Shown piece after piece: positions 47,896-56,744 of a stretch of 64,000 bases of DNA; position 1 is the first letter of the stretch; each line of letters begins with the position of its first letter. The translations under genes and the position numbers were made by a program. The stretch covers positions 189,232 through 253,231 of IMG/VR virus record IMGVR_UViG_3300044878_000136; one strand, 5' to 3'. Source of the DNA: a virus (taxonomy: Duplodnaviria > Heunggongvirae > Uroviricota > Caudoviricetes). The notes under the pieces are model-generated. The model ran no database searches. It saw only the letters and a list, made by a program, of their open reading frames with translations, and was not told where the DNA came from.

Positions 47896-49452
47896 TTACC
47901 AGGCTGGGCGGCCGTCACGACGACCACGGGAACTGTCCCGCTCGTCGCGTGCGTCTGCCACGTCTGTGCTGAGACTGATGCCACGATTGACTTCGACATG
48001 GCTTGGGCGGCGGTCTTCGCGAGCAACGCGAACCCCTTCGGCCAACTTGACGATTTCGTCGGACAGCAGATCAACGGTTTGGATAGAGTTGCTCAGGGTC
48101 GGTGCTACCAACGAGTCGGCGGCACTGAAGAACGGGAAGTACTGCTCAGGACCATTGTCAAGACTGATCCAGATTTCGATATCCTGGTCAATGTTGGCGT
48201 TGATTGTGCAGTCGATGTCCATCATGCCACCGTGACTGATGGCTTGGAGGATCACCGTTTCCACGGTGGATTCGAAATACTCCAGAGTGGAAGTAGCTTC
48301 CAGACCCGGTACGAACGGCGTGCAGCGACCGGCCAATACGCGAGGCTCGCCCACACGGGCGCGAGTGTTCAGGATGAGGTTATCAACCTTCGAGTACATG
48401 GCGTTGATCATAACGACTGGAAGGCTCTGGGCAATGATGGTAGCTGCCAGGCATTCAGGACTGTCGGAGTTCCAGCTGGAAGCGCCAGACAGGTCGATGG
48501 AGCTGTTACGCATTTCGTACGGCGTGAACGGTAGCGACTCGTCCTCGTCAAACTCAGGGTTCAACTCCATGAGCTCGCCGAAGGTGATGTAGCCAGAGTC
48601 CATGATGCCGCTTACACGACGCAACTCTTCCAGGTACGGATCCACATCCAGGCAGTTCTCAGGTGCCGCATCGGATGCAGAAGCCATTACCAGATCGTCA
48701 TCTTCACGATCCAGATCGCTCGCGCCACGAGCAGAGGTTGCACGGGAGTGTGCAGTCAACGCTCGGGACAGGAAACGGGATGGGTCGTTGTTCTCACGGG
48801 TCGATGCCCGCAGCTGAGAGCTAAAGGAACCGGTGGTGTTCGTACCGATAGAACCGCTCGCACGCAGATGGCTACCGAATGCGGATTCGGAACCTTTGCG
48901 GTTGAACAGGTCCATTGGACGCAGAGTCACCGGAGTCAGGTCAGTACGACGACGCTCGCCATTGATGGCCGAACGGTTGAGGATCTGGTCGTGCGCCTTG
49001 ATGGACGGTTGCCAGATTTGCGAACCACCGCGGTAAACCGCCTGGGACATGTGGACTCGAGTGATCGAGTTGAAATACATCCGCATGTCAGGGTCGAACT
49101 TCGCACGGCCAGACAGCTGACTGTAGTCGGCATGGTCGGTGTAACCCACGATGTACTCATAGTGGGAGGAGGTACGACTGGTGGCAATCTCTACCACCAT
49201 GGCAAACATCAGGCGACGTTCGCCCCAGCCGTTTTCGATCTTCGAATCCATCTTGAATTCGGTGGACGGGATGATCATGCCATCACTGGCGGAGATCGCG
49301 TGAGCCAAACGTTCCGCGCTAACACTACGACCGTCGTCGGTCAGGTTAATCACGCGATCGATGTCGCTTTGGGTGAAGTCGGTGTCGAATGGACGGATAA
49401 CGCCCTGTACGGCACCATTGGTTTCCACCACGCTCAATTTCAATAGACGCAT
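47896..49452 (-). CDS. picA: phage nucleus protein-import factor PicA/Imp1-like (gp69-like)
   Basis: Immediately downstream of the gp68-like gene, with the expected size. The assignment rests on synteny. Confidence 0.6.
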   Translation of the reverse strand: MRLLKLSVVETNGAVQGVIRPFDTDFTQSDIDRVINLTDDGRSVSAERLAHAISASDGMIIPSTEFKMDSKIENGWGERRLMFAMVVEIATSRTSSHYEYIVGYTDHADYSQLSGRAKFDPDMRMYFNSITRVHMSQAVYRGGSQIWQPSIKAHDQILNRSAINGERRRTDLTPVTLRPMDLFNRKGSESAFGSHLRASGSIGTNTTGSFSSQLRASTRENNDPSRFLSRALTAHSRATSARGASDLDREDDDLVMASASDAAPENCLDVDPYLEELRRVSGIMDSGYITFGELMELNPEFDEDESLPFTPYEMRNSSIDLSGASSWNSDSPECLAATIIAQSLPVVMINAMYSKVDNLILNTRARVGEPRVLAGRCTPFVPGLEATSTLEYFESTVETVILQAISHGGMMDIDCTINANIDQDIEIWISLDNGPEQYFPFFSAADSLVAPTLSNSIQTVDLLSDEIVKLAEGVRVAREDRRPSHVEVNRGISLSTDVADARDERDSSRGRRDGRPAW

Positions 49453-49473
49453 TTCTTCCCACTCCTTACTTAA

Positions 49474-51060
49474 TTAACGGACGTGATCGTTCAGACGAAT
49501 CAGGATTTCTGCCAGGCGATTGCGGACGCTCGGCGAGATATCCAGGTATTCGGAAAGATCAGCGCGATTGTATTCTACAGCGAGCTGTTTCGGGCAGTCG
49601 ATAAACCAATCGGACCGCATGAACTCTTTGATGATCTCTTCGATACCGCGCACGGCAGAGTTGCCAATGAAGAGTTGGTCATCACGTTTTGGATCAGGCA
49701 ACATGTACGGGTTGATTACATCCAACACGTCACGGTGCGACTGGCTAACCTTAGCCTTGCTGAGTTCAGTGGTGATTGCCGACGTATCTTTACGAGCTGT
49801 CAGCATGATGGCCAGATCCAGGAATCCCCATTCCCAGAGAATCGTCTGCGCTACAGCCATATTGTTCTTCAAGGTTTCCATGTCGAACATGTCGATCACC
49901 ACGCCGGCGATAACAGTTGACATGATCCAAGCAGCCAACCCTTTCTGGGCCCGCGTTGGGTTGAAGTCCTCGATGGTCTGGATGTGTGCGATACTTGCAG
50001 CCAACCGCTCCGGCATGTAGTTCGGATCGATAGCAGCAGCGCAGGTATGATACTCGTTCACGTACAGCTGAATGAGCGTCAGTTCACCGGCAGTAATCGC
50101 TTCCTTCATCTTGTACATCGACCAGACGGAAGAGTTATCTTCCACTGGACCAGCGCCGCTTTTCTTCTCAGCGACTTGCTGTTTGAACTCGGTGGCCATG
50201 CGGTCAAACCGGCCATCGATATAGTTGTACAAGATTTTCATCAGGTGATCACGCTCACGCTCAATCGAGAGTGGTGCGATCGACAGTTTACGGATAACCG
50301 CCAAGGCCAGCAGGTACGTCGGGATTTCTTCCGACGACATGAAGTTCAAGGCAGCGGTGATGTCGTAGGTGGTTTCTTTGAGGTTAGCTCGAACGTACAC
50401 GTCCAGACGAGTAAACGCCGGGATCTTGTAGAACTTGCTGTTCATGATCAACTGGTAGGAGGTGAACTCCTTCATGTTGATGTTTGACTCTTTGCCTGCA
50501 ATCGGCAGATAGAAACCCCAGATTGGGATCATCAGACGAAGGCCCAATGCCACTGCCACCAGATCAATGTATTCCTGGAGACGGTAGGTCAAGGACCGAT
50601 AGGTCGGGGTGATCTTATCTTCGGTCACATAGTCATCACTCAATTCCTGGGGAAGACGGATCTTCGGATTGGTGACGATGAACTCCCGCAGCTGGTCGAA
50701 CTTCACGATATTGTAAATACCGTTGACTTCGCGAGTGATCGCTTTTGTCAGGTCGTCCACGTTGCAGTCTTTCGGGTTGGACTGAGTAAAGATACCTTCC
50801 AGCTTTTCATAGTGACTGAACAGCTGGTCCTTCTGATCTTCGGACAAGTACTTTTGCAGAAACTGGTTGATCTCCGCAAACATGTCCAGATGGCTCCCAA
50901 TCTCATCGTCTTCACGAACGGAAGCGTTGGGACGGGCAGTCGAGTAGCCTCCAGTTGGGAAGAACAACTCACCTTCCGTACCGGGTTCCCGAGTCAGGGA
51001 GACTGCGGAGAAACTTCGTTCGGTGTAGGTAGAGATTTTAAATTCCATCACGGACTCCAT
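49474..51060 (-). CDS. non-virion RNAP promoter-specificity (sigma-like) subunit (gp68-like)
   Basis: 528 aa, helical; position between the ChmC-like and PicA-like genes. Confidence 0.7.
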   Translation of the reverse strand: MESVMEFKISTYTERSFSAVSLTREPGTEGELFFPTGGYSTARPNASVREDDEIGSHLDMFAEINQFLQKYLSEDQKDQLFSHYEKLEGIFTQSNPKDCNVDDLTKAITREVNGIYNIVKFDQLREFIVTNPKIRLPQELSDDYVTEDKITPTYRSLTYRLQEYIDLVAVALGLRLMIPIWGFYLPIAGKESNINMKEFTSYQLIMNSKFYKIPAFTRLDVYVRANLKETTYDITAALNFMSSEEIPTYLLALAVIRKLSIAPLSIERERDHLMKILYNYIDGRFDRMATEFKQQVAEKKSGAGPVEDNSSVWSMYKMKEAITAGELTLIQLYVNEYHTCAAAIDPNYMPERLAASIAHIQTIEDFNPTRAQKGLAAWIMSTVIAGVVIDMFDMETLKNNMAVAQTILWEWGFLDLAIMLTARKDTSAITTELSKAKVSQSHRDVLDVINPYMLPDPKRDDQLFIGNSAVRGIEEIIKEFMRSDWFIDCPKQLAVEYNRADLSEYLDISPSVRNRLAEILIRLNDHVR

Positions 51061-51079
51061 GGGTGTGTGGTCATTAGTA

Positions 51080-51102
51080 TAATGTATGCCTGTAAGATTT
51101 TA
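51080..51102 (-). promoter_or_regulatory. phage promoter motif TAAAATCTTACAGGCATACATTA
   Basis: 22 of 23 bases identical to the copy at 2266-2288; 20 nt upstream of the gp68-like start. Confidence 0.8.
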
Positions 51103-51112
51103 TCACGAACAG

Positions 51113-51152
51113 GCATAAGTCCAGAGATACAGGCCTTTTGGGGCCTGTATCT
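51113..51152 (-). terminator. hairpin, GCATA class
   Basis: GCATA...AGATACAGGCC-ttttgg-GGCCTGTATCT. Confidence 0.7.
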
Positions 51153-51184
51153 TATTCCAGTTACCTTGGTTTACTTAGGGTTCC

Positions 51185-51973
51185 CTAGAACGGGATATCG
51201 TCATCAAAACTGTCGGACGCAGGCGCCGTTGGTTGTGGAGGACGTTGTTGTTGCTGCTGACCGCCGTTGTAATTGTTGCCACCACCGCCGTTACCGTTAC
51301 GGTTGTAGTTGTTACCGCCACCACCTTGACGCTGACCACCGCCGTTCTGAGCATTCTGCATGCGCTCAAGACGTTTCTTCTTCTGGAACTCAGGCTCGCG
51401 CCAGTTCACAGCGAAGTTGGTGTTGTAGATGTCGCCCAGTGCTTTGGCCCAACCGGCCGCCGAAACTGGAGAGGTGATCTTCAGAGGAGCCGGCTGGCCG
51501 TTCTGAGTGATCGGGTGGAAATCGCCCGGTTCGAATACGAACTCGACAACTTGCATCTTCTTGGCAGCCAATGCGATGGTAACAACACCATCGGCGCGCT
51601 TCTGGACCTGGGTCTTCGAAATGATGACACGGTCTTTGGAGCGAATGGACTTGCCTTGATCGCGGTCCCAGATGAATGGGTGGCCCCAGTTCTCGATTTC
51701 AAACGAGATTTCATTCGGGTAGGCCGCAACCTTCTCGATGAGGATCAGCAGAGTGTTGAACTCTTTCGGGTCCATCGGACCTTCGATCTTCATCGGGTAG
51801 CCTTTCTCGGTTTTCATGCCGAGGTCGACTTCGATGCACGGGTTGTTTTCGATCAGCTTGATGCGCAGACTTGGAGGGTATGCGCCTTCCTGGATTGGCT
51901 TGCCGTACAAGCGCAGCTTGCTATCATCCATGCAACCAGGATCGCGGCGGGCTTTATCATTTCCGTTGGACAT
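51185..51973 (-). CDS. chmC: ChmC-like nucleic-acid-binding protein (gp67-like) with a G/N/Q-rich tail ending DDDIPF
   Basis: Directly upstream of the gp68-like gene, as ChmC is in characterised chimalliviruses; beta-rich core and low-complexity N/G tail. Confidence 0.6.
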   Translation of the reverse strand: MSNGNDKARRDPGCMDDSKLRLYGKPIQEGAYPPSLRIKLIENNPCIEVDLGMKTEKGYPMKIEGPMDPKEFNTLLILIEKVAAYPNEISFEIENWGHPFIWDRDQGKSIRSKDRVIISKTQVQKRADGVVTIALAAKKMQVVEFVFEPGDFHPITQNGQPAPLKITSPVSAAGWAKALGDIYNTNFAVNWREPEFQKKKRLERMQNAQNGGGQRQGGGGNNYNRNGNGGGGNNYNGGQQQQQRPPQPTAPASDSFDDDIPF

Positions 51974-52036
51974 TGGTACTTCTCGTAAATAAGTGGTGGA
52001 TAGTACGTTACAACTGATTCGTACGGCGTGTAAAAT

Positions 52037-52894
52037 TTAAAGACGGTAGAGGTCTTTCACCAGGGCTTCCAGTGCGGGGTCCCGGTTCTGCTCCACACAA
52101 TAGATGACGAAGTCCTTCGTGGTCATGGGAGTCCACTTGTTCTTCTCCGAGAGCTCCACCATCTTCTGACGAACCTTGAGATTCATCGGAGTAAAGGTGA
52201 CGCCATCCCCAAACATCTGGAGAGTCATCCGGTCAAACGGAATCCGCTCCAGCTCTTTACCGTCCTTGAGTTTGGTGTTCCACATGTTCGGCGGCTTCAC
52301 GGCACCGGTGTGGGATTCCAGCAAGGAGAGGCTTTCGAACTGGTAACGCTGAAGGAGATCCACAGGATAGTGAGAGAGCAGCAACGCTCGCACATGCACC
52401 TCTGGAAACTTCCGCGTCAGGGACAGATACGGAATGTGGCCTTGGTATTCGGTATCGATTACCTTGAGAACCGCTTCCTCGAAGATCCACGCCAACTTCT
52501 GACCCGGAGAGGTCGGCATCTTGAGGATGGCCTTGTTGTAGCTGTAGGACAGGTCGGAGTAGCTACATTTATAGTAGGCTACTTCGAACCGCCCATCGCC
52601 GTGCTCAATGCAGACTGTTTCAATCGCCCGCATCTCATTGACGATGTACTCGGCAACGGTATGCTCAGTCAGGTGTTTGCGGTCCTCTGTCTTGAGCGAT
52701 CCCATCAGGTTACGGATGAGTGTCCGCATATTAACCCAGAGGGTGTCGTGGTCACGGATCGGCGGATGAGCGCTGGGGGCGTCTGGGAAGATACCGATCA
52801 ACGACTCAATGGCCAGGGAGGTTGCTACGGAGATGGGAAACTGACCAACCGCTCGATTGGTCAAGAGCTCCCGTGAGACGGATTCTAAGGACAT
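52037..52894 (-). CDS. conserved phiKZ-like protein (gp66-like)
   Basis: N-terminal RAVGQFPISVATSLAIE; synteny. Confidence 0.6.
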   Translation of the reverse strand: MSLESVSRELLTNRAVGQFPISVATSLAIESLIGIFPDAPSAHPPIRDHDTLWVNMRTLIRNLMGSLKTEDRKHLTEHTVAEYIVNEMRAIETVCIEHGDGRFEVAYYKCSYSDLSYSYNKAILKMPTSPGQKLAWIFEEAVLKVIDTEYQGHIPYLSLTRKFPEVHVRALLLSHYPVDLLQRYQFESLSLLESHTGAVKPPNMWNTKLKDGKELERIPFDRMTLQMFGDGVTFTPMNLKVRQKMVELSEKNKWTPMTTKDFVIYCVEQNRDPALEALVKDLYRL

Positions 52895-52913
52895 GATGTC
52901 ACTCCAGGAGCGA

Positions 52914-53114
52914 TCATTGGTTACCCGGCCAGGTTACGACGTCGGCCTTACCCTTGAAGACCTTCCAGGCTAGCTTGAGGCGGTGAAAGAATCCGCCATA
53001 ACCTAGAGGTCGGGCTGGGACCCATTGGTTGTTGATGAGAACTCTAGTGCCTTCGTTACCGGCAGTTGTTGCGATCAATTGACGCAGCGTGTACAACCGT
53101 GGGATTTGCTTCAT
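52914..53114 (-). CDS. small phage protein (66 aa)
   Basis: WVPARP...RLKLAW.VF.GKAD..TWP, a pattern common in small phage ORFs; ATGA overlap. Confidence 0.7.
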   Translation of the reverse strand: MKQIPRLYTLRQLIATTAGNEGTRVLINNQWVPARPLGYGGFFHRLKLAWKVFKGKADVVTWPGNQ

Positions 53115-54298
53115 GCAGCCTCCGCTAGGATTTGTTGGATACAGTCAAGCACGGGTTTGTCTACATCTTTCACACGCGACCACAAGAGGTCGTTGATCGT
53201 ATCAGGACGGATAGCCGTGATGACTGGCCGTTCAATCAGATCGGTGGTGTCCGGGGTGAAATTGTCCGCTTCAACTACTTTGGTTCCGATGTTGAACTGC
53301 GGGAACAGGGACTTGATCTCTGCCAGCCCTGCATACACTGGGTCTTCCCGACTGAGCTCTAGGCGGATGTTGCTGCCCTGCGGGTAGTGGTCGATCGTGC
53401 GCAGGAACTTGATGGCTGCTTTGAGTTCCATCCCTTTGACATCGTACGTCGAGAAGATTGTGGCTTCCTCGTTGACGATGAACAATTCGTTGTGTGTTTT
53501 CCAATCTTTGCAGATCGTAAACTGGAGGTGGCCTTTGTCCTCCTCCTCATTATGCCGCAAACGCTCAGGAGAGCCCGGCACAACGATACGCCCACAGGTG
53601 GTGTGAGTGTGGTGGTGACCAATGTAGATCCGCTCAGTCACGATCGAGTGATAGTTATCCACGTTGTGACTCACTACCGTCCGGATCGGTTCCTGGTAGG
53701 TGAACATGCCGTGCATAAAGGCATACTGCACCTGAGAGACCCCACGTTGACGCAGGAGCTCGTTTACCTGCATCCAGGTAACACTGGCGTCATGGTTTAC
53801 TTCGTCCGGCACATACAGCGCCAGAGGCCCTCCCTCGTACAACTCATCAATCGCCAGCGTGCCGTAGTACTTGATGTCGAGGTTGATGTTCGACATGTCG
53901 TTAATCAATGGCAGCCAACGCGACTGTTTGTTGTCGTGGCTAGGCGTACCTTCCAGAACCCGCAGCGCTACGCCGTGTTTGGCGCATTGGCGGAGGAAGA
54001 TCTCGATCCACCGGGTGATCAGCAATGCATCATCGCTGTCGTAGGTCAATCGTTTATCAAACAGGTCACCAGTGATCATGACCATATCGAGGGTCTTTAG
54101 ACGCTCCTCTGGGAACATGGTGTTGAGCGTCTTGATCACTTTGGTGGCGTGGACTCGTCCGTGTCCCAAGTGGACGTCGCTGATGAGCGCTACGGTATAA
54201 CTATCTTCGATCGCTCGAATAGCAGCAGTTATACCGTTGAGCTTAACGCGGAGGATGCGAGTCTCAGTAGATGAGGTCATCGTCTGAGGGTTCGTCAT
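53111..54298 (-). CDS. SbcD/Mre11-like metallophosphoesterase nuclease (gp65-like)
   Basis: SDVHLG, GDLFD, GTPSHD, HG and GHHH motifs. The start is 54298 or 54280 rather than 54331. Confidence 0.9.
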   Translation of the reverse strand: MTNPQTMTSSTETRILRVKLNGITAAIRAIEDSYTVALISDVHLGHGRVHATKVIKTLNTMFPEERLKTLDMVMITGDLFDKRLTYDSDDALLITRWIEIFLRQCAKHGVALRVLEGTPSHDNKQSRWLPLINDMSNINLDIKYYGTLAIDELYEGGPLALYVPDEVNHDASVTWMQVNELLRQRGVSQVQYAFMHGMFTYQEPIRTVVSHNVDNYHSIVTERIYIGHHHTHTTCGRIVVPGSPERLRHNEEEDKGHLQFTICKDWKTHNELFIVNEEATIFSTYDVKGMELKAAIKFLRTIDHYPQGSNIRLELSREDPVYAGLAEIKSLFPQFNIGTKVVEADNFTPDTTDLIERPVITAIRPDTINDLLWSRVKDVDKPVLDCIQQILAEAA

Positions 54299-54911
54299 GG
54301 GACTCTTCTGGCTGAGGTGTAGGCAATGCACCGGGTTTGCCGGCCTTGCGTTTGTTTGCGAGCTCCAGGATCTCGTTGGCTTGAGGTCCTAGGAGTTCTT
54401 CCATAGGTATCTGGTAGAACTTGTAAATATCTACAAGCATCATAATCGCATCGGTACGATCATGGATTTCGGTACGAGGCTTGTGGGCTTCGTAGATACC
54501 TTCCTCGATAGCCATGACACCGCGCATATCGCCGTTCACGATCATATCGGACTGTTGCTGTACGATGTGATGGGTTGTGGTGATACGCCCCTCAGGCGGC
54601 TTTGTGTTGAGGCGGATGTCGATGAACGCAGGCGGGCAGGTAAACAATAGCTCACCGGAATCATTGACGATGTTCATCGGGTTGTTCAGGCCGTCTGCCG
54701 TGTTCAACCACACGCCCAAGTCTTCGCACACCTCGTTACGTACACGCTTGCGTACGATAGGCAGTATGACCGCCTGGAAGTACTTCTCCCGCACGTTACG
54801 GATTCGGGCAGAGCTACCCCGGTTAATAGCTTCAACCGCACTGTCGAAGCCTTCCAGGCCCCGACGTACGATTTCTTGATAAGTGTGGTTGGCTTGGTCT
54901 TGAGTGGACAT
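54264..54911 (-). CDS. conserved hypothetical protein
   Basis: ATG 54911 is preferred; the track extension to 55049 crosses a terminator and overlaps another gene. Confidence 0.7.
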   Translation of the reverse strand: MSTQDQANHTYQEIVRRGLEGFDSAVEAINRGSSARIRNVREKYFQAVILPIVRKRVRNEVCEDLGVWLNTADGLNNPMNIVNDSGELLFTCPPAFIDIRLNTKPPEGRITTTHHIVQQQSDMIVNGDMRGVMAIEEGIYEAHKPRTEIHDRTDAIMMLVDIYKFYQIPMEELLGPQANEILELANKRKAGKPGALPTPQPEESHDEPSDDDLIY

Positions 54912-54927
54912 AAATGAAATCCTGTCA

Positions 54928-54954
54928 AGCTGGAGGGGACGAACCCCTCCAGCT
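54928..54954 (-). terminator. hairpin terminator
   Basis: AGCTGGAGGGG-acgaa-CCCCTCCAGCT. Confidence 0.75.
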
Positions 54955-54972
54955 GTGATTGTTGCCGACGAA

Positions 54973-55578
54973 TTACTGCACGGACGCCAAGGTTTTCGCC
55001 TCGGTCGATTGCAGCAGTTCTTCAGGGCTTGCGTTGTCCAGCTTTTCACGCAGCTGGTCTTGCGCCTGGAACATGTCGGTCATGGCTTCCATGTGCGCTT
55101 CGATACCGGCAGCGGTGGTCACGTAGAACACTTGGCCTGGCTGAACTGCTTGGGACAGTACAGTTTTGGCCAGCATCTCGTAGGCACCTTCTGGCAGAGG
55201 CATGAGTTCCCAGACCGGGCGGGTCAGTTGCATGCCGTTGACTTCGTGCGGTTCGGTAACCACTTTACCTTCGGCGTCTTTGACTTCTTGCTCGAAGCGA
55301 ACGAAGAGGTCGGTGTTGTGGACGGTGTCCAGCTCGATGGTGGCGCGAGCCGAACCACGGTAGTAAGTGGAAACCACGACTGGACGGAACTGGGCACGGT
55401 CGTCTTTCGCACGACGTTCCTGAACCAGACCCAGCAGGAAGCCCAGTAGGGATTCGGCCTGGATGGCTTTGTTTTCCGGGATGGCCAGCAGTTCGCTCAT
55501 GGTACCAGCGACGAAGCCACGCAGCTCTTCGGTAGTGGTAGGGAATACGGCTGGAGCTGCGGTTTGTACTTGGGACAT
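54973..55578 (-). CDS. hypothetical protein (201 aa)
   Basis: AGGAAG SD and highly biased codons. Confidence 0.75.
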   Translation of the reverse strand: MSQVQTAAPAVFPTTTEELRGFVAGTMSELLAIPENKAIQAESLLGFLLGLVQERRAKDDRAQFRPVVVSTYYRGSARATIELDTVHNTDLFVRFEQEVKDAEGKVVTEPHEVNGMQLTRPVWELMPLPEGAYEMLAKTVLSQAVQPGQVFYVTTAAGIEAHMEAMTDMFQAQDQLREKLDNASPEELLQSTEAKTLASVQ

Positions 55579-55608
55579 TGTTGCTTCCTTAATAGGCGGG
55601 GTTTTGAA

Positions 55609-56034
55609 TTAAGTGGTGTAAACAACGGTTCCGTTGCTCACGTTCACGATCGACTTGAGTGCGGACTCTCGAGTCGTCAACGAATACCCCACACTCGCGG
55701 TGGTAGTACCCGAAGCCGTGCTATCTGTCACCGTCGCCTCAACCTTGAGATTGATTCCCGGATCGTCCCCATCTTCTTCGACGGATACGTTCACGGTGGC
55801 GCTGGAGAAGAATTTGCCCAGGAACTTCTGTAGCTCGGATTGAACCTCCCCGGCAATGGTCAGGTCATCGTCCCCGTAGAGTTGGATGATCTTGGCCAAG
55901 CTGGTGACGTTATCGCGGTACAGGGTCGTCTGGCTGTGTTTTGCGAAGAAGAAAGAACACATCAGGTAGTCGATCTTGATATCGATATCAGCGATGACCC
56001 CTTCCTTGCCCAGTCCTAGGATGCTCGTAGACAT
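55609..56034 (-). CDS. gp25-like sheath initiator/baseplate protein (phiKZ gp62-like, tentative)
   Basis: 141 aa with the alpha-alpha-beta-beta-beta pattern typical of the gp25 fold; synteny. Confidence 0.5.
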   Translation of the reverse strand: MSTSILGLGKEGVIADIDIKIDYLMCSFFFAKHSQTTLYRDNVTSLAKIIQLYGDDDLTIAGEVQSELQKFLGKFFSSATVNVSVEEDGDDPGINLKVEATVTDSTASGTTTASVGYSLTTRESALKSIVNVSNGTVVYTT

Positions 56035-56115
56035 AGGATGCTACCTTGGTCATGGAATACATCCTATTACTAAAAAAAGAAAGTTGGAGCAGGGGAGCCT
56101 AAGCCCCCCAGTCCT

Positions 56116-56739
56116 TTACAGCGTCTTGCGGGTTGGACTACCAGGATCCTGCTTACCCCGATTCAGGATCTCATCGAGAGTCCTGTGGGTGTCGCGGGCG
56201 ATATCTTTCTGGTTCTGGTTGAACTTGGCATCGCCGTATTCATCCACAACCCCGAGGTAGGAGACGAAAGTATCTTCGCCCTCTTCCCCTTCGACATACG
56301 CACCGTTGTAGATCTCACGGTACATGTCGTGTTCACGACCGATGCTGTCACGTTCGTCGTCTTCATACAGACCGTCGTACCCATCTGCCATGCCTTTATA
56401 CCACAGGGCACGGTAGCGTGGGAACGCCATGACAATAGCGCGGTTTAGTGGTTTGGCATTCTGGAAATCGCCGAGGTCTACCATTGGAAGAATGCGGTCT
56501 TCATCCCAGCGTCGCCCGAACCGATCCCGCATACCTTCCACACGATCGCGGATGGAGCTGAAGTCGAAGTTATCCAACGCTTCTTTCGCACGTCCCAAGT
56601 ACCGGGACGCAAAGTTCCCAGCGCTACGGGCGACTTTGTCGAGACGATCCCGGAAGAATTCCAGGTCGTTGCGCGACATCATCCCGTGTGTCGATGCGTG
56701 TATCACATCGGCGTCACCGTCTGATACAATGTACGCCAT
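56116..56739 (-). CDS. conserved protein downstream of beta' N
   Basis: GGAGG SD; core-block position. Confidence 0.75.
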   Translation of the reverse strand: MAYIVSDGDADVIHASTHGMMSRNDLEFFRDRLDKVARSAGNFASRYLGRAKEALDNFDFSSIRDRVEGMRDRFGRRWDEDRILPMVDLGDFQNAKPLNRAIVMAFPRYRALWYKGMADGYDGLYEDDERDSIGREHDMYREIYNGAYVEGEEGEDTFVSYLGVVDEYGDAKFNQNQKDIARDTHRTLDEILNRGKQDPGSPTRKTL

Positions 56740-56744
56740 GATCG

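Noticed and set aside
52021-52040. Partial promoter-like GTGTAAAATTTA upstream of the ChmC-like gene (similar to 3429-3440)
   Set aside because: Only the upstream half-element is present and TACATTA is missing, so it is not called.
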